Origin: Octopus vulgaris
Lineage: Eukaryota
Assembly (NCBI GenBank): GCA_951406725.2
Contig: OX597815.1
Coordinates: 38,378,001 to 38,442,000 of the forward strand
DNA: 64,000 nucleotides
Reading direction: 5' to 3'
A program made the translations under genes and the position numbers. Position 1 is the stretch's first letter. The number at the start of each line of letters is the position of its first letter. Of the stretch, positions 12,363-25,378 are shown in pieces. The notes beneath the pieces are model-generated. The model had not been told where the DNA came from, searched no databases, and worked only from the letters and a program-made list of their open reading frames with translations.

Positions 12363-12449
12363 ACTTTTGTTATAATTCTGGTGCTTTTAAATAAAGTATA
12401 AATATATATATGTGCATGTTTATACGTGTGTGTATGTATGTATGTCAGT

Positions 12450-12672
12450 GTGTATGTGTGTTTGTGTCTATGTGTTTTACCTCATTGCACTACTTGACAA
12501 TTGGTGTTAGTCTGTTATATCTCCGTAATATAACGGTTCATGAAAATAGAGCAATAGAATACGTACCAAACTTTAGAAAAACATAAGTGTAGGATTTAAT
12601 TTGCTTGAGTAAAACATTCCAAAGTAGCGCCCCCGCACGGCTACAGTCTAATATGTGAAACACGTAAAAGAT
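12450..12672 (+). mobile_element. SINE family A, degenerate 3' half
   Basis: Similarity to 14710-14905. Confidence 0.55.
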
Positions 12673-14295
12673 AACATATGTATTTATCGCTCGATTTCCA
12701 TGTTTGTTTATTTTTACCTTAACTTGTGGAAATTTGTTTCTCCTTTGGTTTGCCATTTTCTCTCCTTACCTTCTATATACCTTCGACTATCGTTATGATT
12801 TCGTAAATGTTTCATCCTTTGGTGTAGAAAAGTATTTCCTTTCTCAGATTGGTGCCCCGTGTTGACACTTGTATATTTGGGAATGATTGTAATATCTAGA
12901 GCTAAGGCATATTTTTTCGACGATTAATTTTAAAAGAGACATAACCTATTCATTCCATTATTTGGCAAATTAGATTAAATTACCTACTTTTCTTGCCTTC
13001 AAGCACTTGAAAGACAGAAAGAGGGACTTTCTTTTGAGGTCTGATTTAGTGTTCCCTGAACTATGAATATAAAACAACTTTATAATTCTTATGTAAAGAA
13101 AAGTTGGATCTTTAGTAATGAGAATTTGTTAAATGTTGTTGCTGGTAATCTCTAAAACGGTCATATGTCATAAGAAATAGTTTTGTTGAATGCTAAAATC
13201 TTTAATTTATTTCACTTCAAACTTCCTTGCATGACGTAAACTTATGAATTATCTGATTTAATATTAAATAAAGTAATTTTTCCCAAAACGTCTTCCATTT
13301 AAGTCAAATATAGATTTTTAGTAATTTTACAGTAGTAAATGTTTGCTATGCTAATTCATGAGTTCATGTAGGGATTATGAGGTCAACATAGTCTTTACAT
13401 TAGCATAATTAACAAAGACATTATACTCATCCAATTCATAAACGCGTCACAAACCCATTACAATGGAGCTTTTAAACTCCTCGATGATTAATTGCTCTCA
13501 GCAGTCACCTCTGTAATCATTATCGTCATCAGATCAATCTAATTCTCATCTCTATATCCACTCCTACTTCTCATGAGGAGGCAGATGAATATATTCATGA
13601 CGACGATGATGATGATGATAATCATGATCATCATTATTATCATCATCACCACCACCACCATCATCATCATCATGGCCTACCTTCAGTGTTTTACTGACAT
13701 TTTTAGTTCTTGATGTCACTGCCATCTCATTAGTAATTTTCATTTCTTGCAAACTATAAAATGCAAATTTTAAAGCAAACAAACGGCACAAAAAGAAAAA
13801 GCGATGTAATTTCTTCATGTTTATTTTTGTCGGGATTTTGAATGATTCTTAAAAATTATAAATTTGTTTTATGTGTATATCTTGAAACTTGACATAAGTA
13901 TCAATTACGACACGCAAACTTTATTTCTTGCGTATACTTCAAATTTAACGAGAGAGATCAAGGAAGAATTGCTTTACACGGATATATTACAGTATTTACG
14001 CCAGAGAACTTCACCTACGGTTGATTAGCAAACAGAAGACCATGTGTTTAGTAATGCTTATGGTTTTCAGATAGTGAATAAATAATAGTAGGAATTGCTA
14101 TTTCTAACTTATACCAGTGGCCTTGAAAAGATAAGGAAAAAGGAAACGTACAGGATTTAGTCTTATATATGATTCTGTTAAAATCTGTGTGGAACATGAA
14201 TTAAACTGTTTTAATTCATGTGAAAAACAATATTCCACCCTTTCTGGTTTATTATGCAGTTCATGATTATTATTATTTATGTCTCCTCCTGATCA

Positions 14296-14458
14296 GACGT
14301 AGGAGTGGCTGTGTGGCAAGTAGCTTGCTTACCAACCACATTGTTCCAGGTTCAGTCTCACTGCGTGGCGCCTTGGGCAAGTGTCTTCTACTATAGCCTC
14401 GAGCCGACTAAAGCCTTATGAGTGGATTTGGTAGACGGAAACTGAAAGAAGCCCGTCG

Positions 14459-14532
<74 letters not shown>

Positions 14533-14637
14533 TGTAAGTAGCTTGTGTGTTCAGTCCACTGTGGCGCCTTGGGCAAGTGTCTTCTACTTGATTTATGAGT
14601 GGATTTGGTAGATGGAAACTGAAGAAGCCGTCATATA

Positions 14638-14683
<46 letters not shown>

Positions 14684-14919
14684 TGTGTGTGTGTGTGTGT
14701 GTGGTTTGTGTGTCTGTGATTGTCCCTCCAACATAGCTTGACAAGCGTTGCTGGTGTGTTTACGTCCCCGTAATTTAGCGGTTCGGCAAAAAAGACCGAT
14801 AGAATAAGTACTAGGCTTACAAAGAATAAGTCCTGGGGTTGATTTACTCGACTAAAGGCGGTGCTCCAGCATGGCCACAGTCAAATGACTGAAACAAGTA
14901 AAAGAGAGAGTAAAAGAGT
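14296..14919 (+). mobile_element. SINE family A, full length with internal partial duplication and (TA)/(TG) tracts
   Basis: tRNA-like head (gtggctgtgtggcaag...ggttcagtct), ccttgggcaagtgtcttctac present twice, tail ggcggtgctccagcatggccacagtcaaatgactgaaacaagtaaaaga. Confidence 0.85.
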
Positions 14920-16560
14920 ATCATTACCACTTCTCCAATTTTTTCACCAGCGGTACCATTATATATCATAAATTATTTCATTGAAAAATAGTTGTTATGT
15001 AAGAAATCAACGTAAAAATTCGTTATTTTCAAGCCGACTTTGTTGCTATCATTATCAATGTGAACATGATGATCATCCTCATTATCATTAGTATAGGGTA
15101 AATAACTTGTTAAAAGCATGACAAGTTCATCTAACTGCATAAAATGAGAAATACGAACTTATTAAAAATGAATTTCAATTCACACTTGATTGAAAGGAAT
15201 GCTTGAAAGTCAATGGTAACCACAATTTTGAAAATACCCAAGTTGATAAATTCCAAGGCAGAGTGGACTATATGTGGTTCTCTTTCCTAATCCGAGCCTG
15301 TGAGATATGTTTTCAGGTTCAAATTCTCCAACCATATATAGAGCACCCCTAATGAATAATAGGGAGAAAATAACAGACAAAATAAAACTCTTCAGCTCTT
15401 ATTAGCAAAAAAGGAGGTTTTGGAAACATGAGGCATGTCTTCCTAAACTTTTTGAATCGCAAGCTTCATCATTAGGTTTGGCAAAAGAAATTACTGGTGT
15501 TCTCTGCCCATAAAACCTAGAAAACTTGGTAAAAATCAACTATTTGCGATTTTTACTACAAACAAATGACGAACTCGCAAAAATCTCCTTCTTTAGAAAA
15601 TTGCTCAGGAGGTATTTTCTCTATAGAAAATCTGTTCTTTTAAGAAAAGTCTTACAGTTAATATTATTTATTCAATCAGAGGAATAAAGAATTTTTTCAT
15701 ACTCAAAATGGACGATACGGAAATAAAAGGAATTATTCAGATATATAAATTATTCAGATATATTCAACAAAGTTAAATATATAGTAGGTTTGCTTAAACA
15801 ACAATATATGTTATTTTTTCGGTCATAACTCAAATAAATAAGAATCAGCGGCAGAAACTGAGTTTTAAAATGTTAATATGAATATACGAAAATGTTGAAA
15901 AATAATACAAAAATATACAAAAATAATACAAAATATTTTCTTACAAGAATAGAAAAGCATCATCTCTAAAATAACGTTACTCCTAAGGAAAAACCAAATT
16001 CAGAATTAGTGTTAACAGAAAAAATATCAAAGAAAATATTTTCTCCCTTAGGCAAAAAGTGCCAAAGTCCGTCTCAGCTCTCATCTTTGTATTTTTGCAG
16101 CAGCAATAACAACTAACATCTCTCAATTTTTTAATATACATTTATTAAAAAAAAGGAGGTATAATTAGAATGTTGTGTTTGTTTATTTTTGCACAAATCA
16201 AATTTTTGTTTGATATTTGGTAATGTTGGTCTCAAGGCAATTTCAATACTTTTTAATTCCATCTGTTTTAATTCCAGTTAACATCAAAAATACAGATTCA
16301 CGCAAAAACATGGTGACAAATGAGAGAAGGGTTTCATTTGCTAAATCTACCAACATTGAAAACTGAGCATGAACACCTACTCAAAAAGCATTTCAGATTT
16401 TCATAGAAAAGTCAAGTTTGAAATTTGAATCACTCTAAAATATTGCTTATCTTTCCTGAGCTTTTAATGGAAGATGTCTTTTGCGCTCTGTTTCATCCAT
16501 GAACGATTCATAGATCCAATCCAAACATATTTCTTTAACAAATGAGTTACAGTCATTAAC

Positions 16561-16790
16561 AAGGTGGCGAACTGGCGGAAACGTTAGCACGCCGGGCCAA
16601 ATGCATAGCGGTATTTCGTCTGCCGTTGCGTTTTGAGTTCAAATTCCGCCGAGGTCGACTTTGCTTTTCCTCCTTTCGAGGTCGATAAATTAAGTACCAG
16701 TTACGTACTGGGATCGATGTAATAGACTTAAAATGGCGGTGCCCCAGCATGGCCACAGCTCGTGAGCTGCAACTAGATGAAATAAAAAAA
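16561..16790 (+). mobile_element. SINE family B (Meta/MESC-like central domain) with LINE-derived tail
   Basis: gagttcaaattccgccgaggtcgactttgcttttcctcctttcgaggtcgataaattaagtacc; tail nearly identical to 31603-31660. Confidence 0.8.
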
Positions 16791-16977
16791 ATGTATTTTA
16801 TTATTTGATTGAACAAATCAAAATATAATACATTTTCAAATATAAAATAATTTGTGCACGAGAACATTTCAAATTCATAATTTCTATTTATTTTTCACAT
16901 TCATATATTTGTTTTATGTAAGATTGAATTTTATATTTAAGGAGGAAAAATTTTCCACAAACAACCCACAAGTATCA

Positions 16978-17310
16978 CGTGGGAAATACGAAGGTTGTGG
17001 TCAATGACGGGAGTACCAATAGTGATACCAATAATAATTGCCGCACTTGGAAGTATCAACATGGACTAACAACATGGCTGAAAAAAATTGGTGCAAGTGT
17101 GAAGGTAGAACACTTACGAAAATCAGCATTGTCTCGGACTGCAAAAATTCGTCACAAGTTTCTTGAAGCATCACCAGTAAAGAAATGTGACCATCGTCTG
17201 CTGTGTGTGAACAGCTGACAATTTCCATCATACTCCTGTGAGTTTTGAACACATAATCATAATAATAATAATAATAATAATGATAATAATAATAATAATA
17301 ATAATAATAT
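16978..17310 (+). mobile_element. 3' end of an R4/Dong-like retrotransposon ending in (TAA)n
   Basis: GLTTWLKKIGASVKVEHLRKSALSRTAKI resembles the RLE-clade C-terminus; short 3' UTR followed by TAA repeats. Confidence 0.65.
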
Positions 17311-17523
17311 GTTTCTTTACTACCCACAAGGGGCTAAACACAGAGGGGACAAACAAGGGTAGACAGACGGATTAAGTCGATTATATCGACCCGAGTGCGT
17401 AACTGGTACTTATTTAATCGACCCCGAAAGGATGAAAGGCAAAGTCGATCTCAACGGAATTTGAACACAGAACGTAACGGCAGACGAAATACGGTTACGC
17501 ATTTCGCCCGGTGTGCTAACGTG

Positions 17524-17584
<61 letters not shown>

Positions 17585-17598
17585 TAATAATAATAATG

Positions 17599-17658
<60 letters not shown>

Positions 17659-18052
17659 GTAATGCTTCCTATTAAAGGAACAAGGACTGGATTTTGTGTG
17701 GAGGGGGACAGTGGTTCACATCGACACCAGTACTCGACTTAATTTATCTACACTGAAAGGAAGAAAGGCAAAGTCGACCTCGGTGGGATTTTAGCTCAGA
17801 TCGTAACGACGAGCGAAATACCGCTAAGCATGTCGTCCACTGTGCTAACGATTCTGCCTTAATAATGATAATAATAATAATAACGATAATAATAACAATA
17901 ATAATGATAATTATAATAATGATGATGATCATGATGATCATGATTTCAAATTTTGGCATAAGGTCAGCAGTTCCTAGGACAGGCTAAGTCGATTACATCG
18001 ACCCTAGTGCTTAACTGGTACTTATCTTATCAACCCCGAAAGGATGAAACGC
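17311..18052 (-). mobile_element. Three SINE family B copies separated by (TAA/TGA)n tracts
   Basis: gaaaggcaaagtcga / accccgaaaggatgaaa motifs at ~17420, ~17760 and ~18030. Confidence 0.75.
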
Positions 18053-18850
18053 AAATATATATTTGAATATGTAAACCGATGACAATGGTAGCGTGTAACC
18101 AATGATTGGGTATATTGTGCACACTGGCCTTCCATAGATAGCAGTAACAACCGTCCGAAATTACATAATATCGTCTTCAGAAAGAGGATCACATTCCGAC
18201 GTGTAGTGAGAGATAAGCAGATGAGGAAAGGCAGGGCTTAGTCAGAGATGACCTGCAAATCAACAACGACAATAACGATAACAGCATCTATGAAAGTCCA
18301 TAACTTATTCATATGTATGCACACGCGTGCGCAGTTCTAAGTAAGCAGTTAATCATTCCGGTCTGTTATCTTACTGAAATAAACCTAAACTTGCAAGCGT
18401 TGGATAATGAAGTTGTAGATACGCAAAATTCTCAGGAGAATGATAGGGAGTATTTTGATTGGGCCGCCTTTGATCGTAGATCGGATCAATCAAAACTGAT
18501 CTTGGGTTTAATAACAACAACAACAACAACAACAACTACAGCAGTTGCGTCGGCAGCAGCAGTAGCAGTAGTGTCAGCAACCTCAGCAGCAGCAGAGGCA
18601 GCAGCAGCATCAAGGAACTGGCATCGAAACGAAGAAAACCAGGAAAAATAATACTGAATGTTCAATCTATAGAAACCTGTATGATATATTTAGATTTTGA
18701 AACCACAAAGTAAAGAAGAAACATATGAGAAAGACAGATATTTCATAAACTCCTTCAGGACATCTTGCACACACACACACACACACGTTTGAGCTCAAAT
18801 GCACGCATGGAGACGCACATATGGCATATATACGTGTGTATATCTGTATA

Positions 18851-19242
18851 CTCTTTTACTTGTTTCAGTCATTTGACTGTGGCCATGCTGGAGCACTGCC
18901 TTTAGTCGATAAAATCGACCCCTGGACTTATTCTTTGTAAGCCTAGTATTTATTCTATCGGTCTCTTTTCTCGAACCGCTAAGCTACGCGGACGTAAACA
19001 CACCACCATCGGTTGTCAAGGGACAAACACAGACACAAAAAAACATACACACACACATATACACATATACATATATATACGACGGGCTTCTTTCAGTTTC
19101 CGTCTACCAAATCCATTCACAATGCTTTGGTCGGCCCGAGGCTATAGAAGAAGACACTTGCCCAAGGCGCCACGCAGTGGGACTGAACCCGGAACCATGT
19201 GATTGGTAAGCAAGCTACTTACTACACAGCCACTCCTGCGCC
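18851..19242 (-). mobile_element. SINE family A, full length
   Basis: Reverse complement of the 14296-14919 family. Confidence 0.85.
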
Positions 19243-19789
19243 TATAAAAACATACATATATAACATACATACATACATATATATATATGTGTGTACATAT
19301 GTGTGCGTTTTTATACATTTATATATACGTATGTACATATATCCATACACTCATACACATATGTGTGTATGTATGCATACATGTATGTATGCATGGATGC
19401 ATGTATCTAGGTAAGTATGTAAAGCAGTAGACATGCAGAAGCGTTAGAGCATCGAACAAAACACTCAATGCTATTTGTTCTCGTTCTTCACGGTCTGAGT
19501 TGAAAACTTATGGAGGTTAGCTGCTTTTCATCAACCGGAAATCGTTACAATGAAGAACTATGTAGATCCAAGCTGATGCACTGACATAAATGTTCCAGCT
19601 TCGTACTAAATAAAGAGTTATTTTCTGTGAGTTCGCTTTAGACAACTCTACTGCACAAATAGCATACGGGACACAGAGGACCGCAAACTTGCTATATGAG
19701 CCGCTGCTTCCTGGAGAGAAACTTTCAAGATGCAAAATCAAAATCACTCTCACAAGCAGTGACTGTATATATGTAAAAAAGACTGGGTT

Positions 19790-20190
19790 TACCTTTGATG
19801 TTCGTGATGTAGTCTGTTTCTTTTTCTGTCAGGTCTTTTCCATGTAGAAGAATTAAGGATGCAAGAAGATTTTTCATTGTTTTTTGTAGTTTATAGTTTA
19901 TAACTTTTTCTAACTTTTTCGTAGACGGCCTCGTTTTCTAGTATGGATAATACTAGTTTTTATAGTATTCTGTGTCCATCAGAACTACAGCACTTCCTTT
20001 GTCTGCTTCTTTAATTGCTAGGTATTTGTCGCTTTGTAATTCTATTAGATTTTTTTCCATTCTAGATTGTCGATGTTCGGATTAAATTTTCGTTTATTGG
20101 ATTCATTAGGGAAATTTTGTATATGGTCGCAGAAGTCATCCAGTGTTTTATTTCTACCCTTTTGTGGAGGGTTTTCTCCATAACGTCTTT
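19790..20190 (-). pseudogene. Penelope-like RT N-terminal fragment
   Basis: Minus strand IKEADKGSAVVLMDTEYYK, a PLE-typical ADKG motif. Confidence 0.7.
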
Positions 20191-20759
20191 TACCCTCTAT
20201 GCAACTCGAACGCTGCAGCTAAACTGCGCAAGAATGATTAAATTAAATATCTAATCGGTATTAGTCCAATGGAGATACAGAGCCATTGTATTGCGAACAA
20301 AGCTTTTTGCTGGTTCAACAGTTTGATATGGTGAATCTTTATATGTCTGTTAAAAAGTCTCTTGTCCTGAAAACCTTGGTTTCTGGAGATACGTCTCTTG
20401 GATCAACGACGACTTTATATGAAGTCATGAATAGCAATCAGGTAACTTTTTATCCTGTGTGTGTGTGCGTGCATGTGTATGTGTGTGCGTGTGTGTGTAT
20501 GTGTGTGTGTCTGTGTGTGTATGTGTGTGTGTGTGTATAAAGCTAAGCAATAACTCCAAAGCATGTATGACCTGGGAGTTTGTACAACTCTTTCGCTAAC
20601 CGTTGTAGATGGTCCTGTAGTTGAGAGAGAAATAAACAAAGGCACTGTACGGTAATAAGAATCGAATCCATAAACTTAAGATTGCAAACTTAAAACTGTA
20701 ATAACTAACTCATGCGCTTTCACACGCATTTCATTTTACATTCGCCAGAAAATATATAA

Positions 20760-20833
<74 letters not shown>

Positions 20834-21121
20834 GTATCTATGTATCTATGTATGTATATATGTATGTGTGTTTGAGTATATATATATATATATTTTTTCA
20901 GAATGAGATAAAAATCCAAGGCTATGAAAGATTTTAGAACATTTTATAAATAGGTCTTACATGCTGATACATGACCTACGTTGGAATCCTCATTCGCATA
21001 ATCACCGATCCTAGAACTTAACTATAGTCTGTCGATAGCACTTAGCATTACCTGACATGTTTGGGTCTGATTGACCCCATTACTTCCCATAACCTCTCTC
21101 TCTCTCTCTCTCTCTCTCTCA

Positions 21122-21168
<47 letters not shown>

Positions 21169-21259
21169 AGAGCAATGGTAAGACAACAAAAAAGTGAAAG
21201 ATACCTCGACATTTTGTAAATAGTCGACTTTATCTGTAAATATATGTGACAATTATTCG

Positions 21260-23070
21260 GTAGCCATGTTAATACTTTGAGTTTTGGATGTCGGGGCGAA
21301 AAACCGCACCGGCATCTCTTCAGTTATCGGGCCTTCAAACAATGGTATGAAAATGACAGTTAAACAAAGAGAAATTACTTTGTGATTGAGCGTTATTAAG
21401 ACAAAAGAGCTATTAGAATGACCGCTAAATAAGGGGAGGGAGTAAAAGGTAAAGGAGTAAAAATGCTCATAAGCGCGCATGTCCATACATACACATGCGC
21501 GTCCGCACACCCACGTATATGTGCCTATATGTATATGCTCATCCACACTCACTTGAAACACTCACATGCGCACCCACACATTCGCTAGAAAAAAAAATAT
21601 ATATATATACCCGTACACACGCTCATTATCTAATTATTGAAAACTTTCGGGCTTAGCATAACTACAGATACCAATCTGAGGGTTGTCAATTTCCTGGATG
21701 TTTCCGTAGATCTAAATAAGCATATATATAAACCTTATAGGAAACCCAACGATAGACTTAGTTATATTAATGTAAGTTCCTGCCATCCCCCCATAAGGGA
21801 TAGCGGATTTAGCGAGGAAATAACCTATACACCTGCCACCAGTCTAGTAATAAAGAAAAGAAAACATAGGAATTGGAAAACTATCTGCTTCACACCCCCT
21901 ACTCCCTCGAAGTGACCTTTAATAGAGGTAAATATTTATCAGCACTGATAGGCATTTTCCAGTCAACCATAGTTACAGAAAGCTCTTCAATAGACATAAC
22001 TTAAAAGTCAGTTTCAGCTCAACTACTATTTTTAAAAATATAATCGCACACAATACACAAAACCATAAAATGAAACCAGTTGTTCATGCAAGGATAAATA
22101 AATTGTGCCCGCTAAATGGAGCTTGCATGTCCGAGACCATCATTTATGAAGCTATCGTAGACACGGTTTCCACGAAGAAATACGTGGGCCTTACAGAGGG
22201 TAATTTCAAGGCCAGGCTCAATAATCACACCTTGAGCTTCAGGTATGTGTGATAAAAGGAAAACGACCAAATTATCCAGTCATATAAGGTCCTTAAATGA
22301 TAAAGGTTCCAGTTACAACATCCATTGGAAGATCTTAACCGAGTGTAAGCCCTCCACCAACGGCAGTGGAAAGTGCGGTCTTTGCGATATGGAAATATGG
22401 CTCATTTGGAAAAGCAGGGTCTAAATTCAAAAACTGAACTTTTCGGATCATGTTCATATGCTGCTAAATATTTGTTACGTTTTTGGTCCCCACGAGATCA
22501 CAAATAGAACTTGCTTTCTATATTGTATCCACGTACAAGCTTTTTTCTCGCTAAACTTTTTACTTATATTTCTTATATATTTTTTGCATATTTTTTTTTT
22601 ACATATTTATAGAGATATATTTAAAAAAACTTTTTAATGCTCATATATTTTTTTACATATTTTTATGTATTTTACCTTCCACCCTGTATATGTGCGTATG
22701 TAGACGTGTATATGAATTTTTTGTGCACGCGCGTGTGTGTACGTGTGTGCGGATATGTTTATGTATTACATATTATTTTAGCGTACGTGTGGGTGCGCAT
22801 GTGTGTGTTTTAAGCGAGTGTGAATGTCCATATGCATATAGGTACATGAACGTAGGTGTGCGTACGCGCATGTGTATGTATACATATGCGCGCATACGCG
22901 ATTGCTATGAGCAATTTTACTCCTTTATCTACATATTCTTATTGCTTTATTTTTTACACATTTTTCTCTATTTTGCTTTCCACGGTTTTTACTTGTGCAT
23001 GCGCGTATATAGACGCGTATATGAACCTTTTTTGTGCGTGTGTGTATGTGGGAGTGTGTGTAAGCGTGTG
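21260..23070 (+). mobile_element. 5'-truncated Naiad-like Penelope element with upstream inverted pLTR (~21260-21620)
   Basis: VNFLDVSVDL..YKPYRKPN..YINVSSCHPP; CSC..CPLNGAC...IIYEA..KYVGLTEGNFKARLNNH..SF; KCGLC; 21450-21620 is an inverted match to 22740-22930. Confidence 0.8.
21268..21328 (-). ncRNA. Hammerhead motif with long stem II, GAAA box altered
   Basis: Minus strand: gataa-CTGAAGA-gatgccgg..ccgacatc-CAAAA-ctcaaag-TA-ttaac. Confidence 0.55.
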
Positions 23071-23079
23071 TGCGGGTAT

Positions 23080-23307
23080 CTCTTTTACTCTTTTACTTGT
23101 TTCCGTCATTTGACTGTGGCCATGCTGGAGCACCACCTTTAGTCGAGCAAATCGACCCCAGGACTTATTCTTTGTAAGCCTAGTACTTATTCTATCGGTC
23201 TCTTTTGCCGAACTGGTATGTTACGGGGACGTAAACACATCAACATCGGTTGTCAAGCGATGCAGGAGGACAAACACAGACACACAAACACACACAAACA
23301 CACACAC

Positions 23308-23346
<39 letters not shown>

Positions 23347-23436
23347 TACGACGGGCTTCTTTCAGTTTCCGTCTACCAAATCCACTCAAAGACTTTGGTC
23401 AGCCCGAGTTTATAGTAGAAGACACTTGCCCAAGGT
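23080..23436 (-). mobile_element. SINE family A (5' truncated)
   Basis: Near match to 18851-19166. Confidence 0.85.
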
Positions 23437-23601
23437 GTGTGCGTGTGTGCGTGTAAATATGCATATATATAAGGAGTTGACTTTAAACGTTGGCTTTAGG
23501 TCAGCGACTTCGGGATATATATATAGTTAATCCAAACATGAACAAAGAGAAAACACAACAACGCGAGGACGTGGAACATATATATATATATATAGTATTG
23601 C

Positions 23602-24255
23602 TTATATGCCGACATAACTATGCATTCCTGTAAAGGACGATGCTACTCTTGTTTTAATCCCAGGAAAATATTTTTCCCAACTGGCTAATGGTACACAGTA
23701 TGTGTCTGTATATAGCATTTGCAAGGGAGGTCATCGCTCCCATCACTAGCCTTACGTGATACTCACACACCTAGGTTTCTCGATGTTATCCGTCCTCAGT
23801 GTGAGACAATCACCAGCTACTGATGAAAGCTATCTCCACTCACAAATACTATATATTCTTTAAGGAACACACAGTCTGTGATCTCATACCGAGAAAAACG
23901 TGTTTTATTTCTCTGAGCAAGAGAAATACAGTAACAGTACCGGATAGCAATGTTTATATGCCAACATAACGTGGCATTCCTGTAAAAGACGTTGCTACTG
24001 TTGTTTTAGCCCCAGGGAAATATCTTTTCCAGCTGGCTGACGACATACAGTCCGTGTCGGTATATAGTGTTTGTAAGGGAGGTCATCGCTCCCAACTCTA
24101 GCCTTAAGTGATACTCACACACCTAGGTTTGCCGATGTTATCCATCCTCAGTGTGAGACAATCACCAACTAGTGACGAAAGCTATCTCCACTCGCAAATA
24201 CTATATATTCTTTAAGCGACACACTTTTACTAACCTCGTATCAAGGAAACACACA
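23602..24255 (-). repeat. 352-bp tandem repeat (~1.9 copies), each unit carrying a hammerhead-like motif (23762-23805, 24114-24157)
   Basis: ttatatgcc at 23602 and 23954; minus strand ctcaca-CTGAGGA-...-(G/C)AAA-cctagg-TG-tgtgag in both units. Confidence 0.75.
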
Positions 24256-25039
24256 CACACGCACGCAGATATATATATATATATATATATACAATACCAT
24301 CCAGTTTATATCCAAATCCCAATCTAAGCTTTTGCATTCCACTCTTATAATCATCTCTGTTTGTATGCAGAGTTATCTTATACTTCATCTTATCTCACGC
24401 TCATAAACATGAAGACAAAATCCTCATGTTTGTTTTAGATTCAACTGATATATCAAAAGCTAGCTCACATGATTGCAAAGAAACGTTTTAACCATTCGGC
24501 GATATTACGTCTATGTAAAGGTACTCTACTTAGGCCTAATGGTTAAAGCGTTGGGTTTATGATTACACTTTTGTAGGTTCGATTTCAGGATCGAACGGTA
24601 GGTTTTGTCATTGGCCAAAGTACATCATTTCACATTGCTCTAGTCCACTTCGCAGAAAATGAGTAGCAGTTTTATGCCAATGCAGCTCTGTCTTCCTCCA
24701 GCTGTGACAACAACGATGTTCTTCTGGGTGAAGGATGGGGTGGACGAGACAGTGATTATGTCTGTTATCGAGTATAGAGCCACCTAAACCTATTAACAAA
24801 AGTGTAATACAAACTATTTGGTCATGGCTGCGAATCACGACTAAGTAAAGAAAAGCATAAACAGATAGCCAGAGTGAGTTGCAAAGACAAATGCGTAACC
24901 AGAATAACAAAACTGGAACATTTTCAGTACTTTGTTCTGTGTACGAGTTCAGCTGACCGAAGCATCAGAAACAACAATCTTATAACTACAATTTTGTGCA
25001 TTTATAATACTGCAAACGTACTATCACCATTAGCTATAT

Positions 25040-25378
25040 CAGTTGTTCTCAACCGGGGTCCACATAGCCCCTGAGGGTCCATGTAAGATTTTTGTGGTTT
25101 CACGTAGCAAAATTGTAAACTGGAGATCCACAACAGCATTTTAAGGGCCCCTGAAAAAGTTTTGCTTTAGACGTATGTACTGGTATGTATTGCAAGAAAC
25201 ATTTTTTCTCTGACATTTTACAAAGTCCAACTTACACAATTTAATGTATGATAAAAATAAGGAATTTTGAAGATATCTATATAAATTGTTTTGAAAAACA
25301 GAATGGCTATGGAGGTCCACCAAAATAAAATAATAATCAAAAGAGTCCATAGATAAAAATTGTGGTTGAAAATCCTTG
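25040..25378. mobile_element. hAT (Charlie-like) MITE
   Basis: TIRs cagttgttctcaacc / ggttgaaaatccttg; 8-bp TSD agctatat at 25032-25039 and 25379-25386. Confidence 0.85.

Noticed and set aside
22240-22260. TGA in the Naiad-like EN as possible selenocysteine
   Set aside because: It coincides with a frameshift, is not at a conserved Cys, and no SECIS was recognised
23815-23850. Plus-strand CTGATGA in the 352-bp repeat, as a possible ambisense ribozyme
   Set aside because: No GAAA box or stems, and not conserved in the second unit
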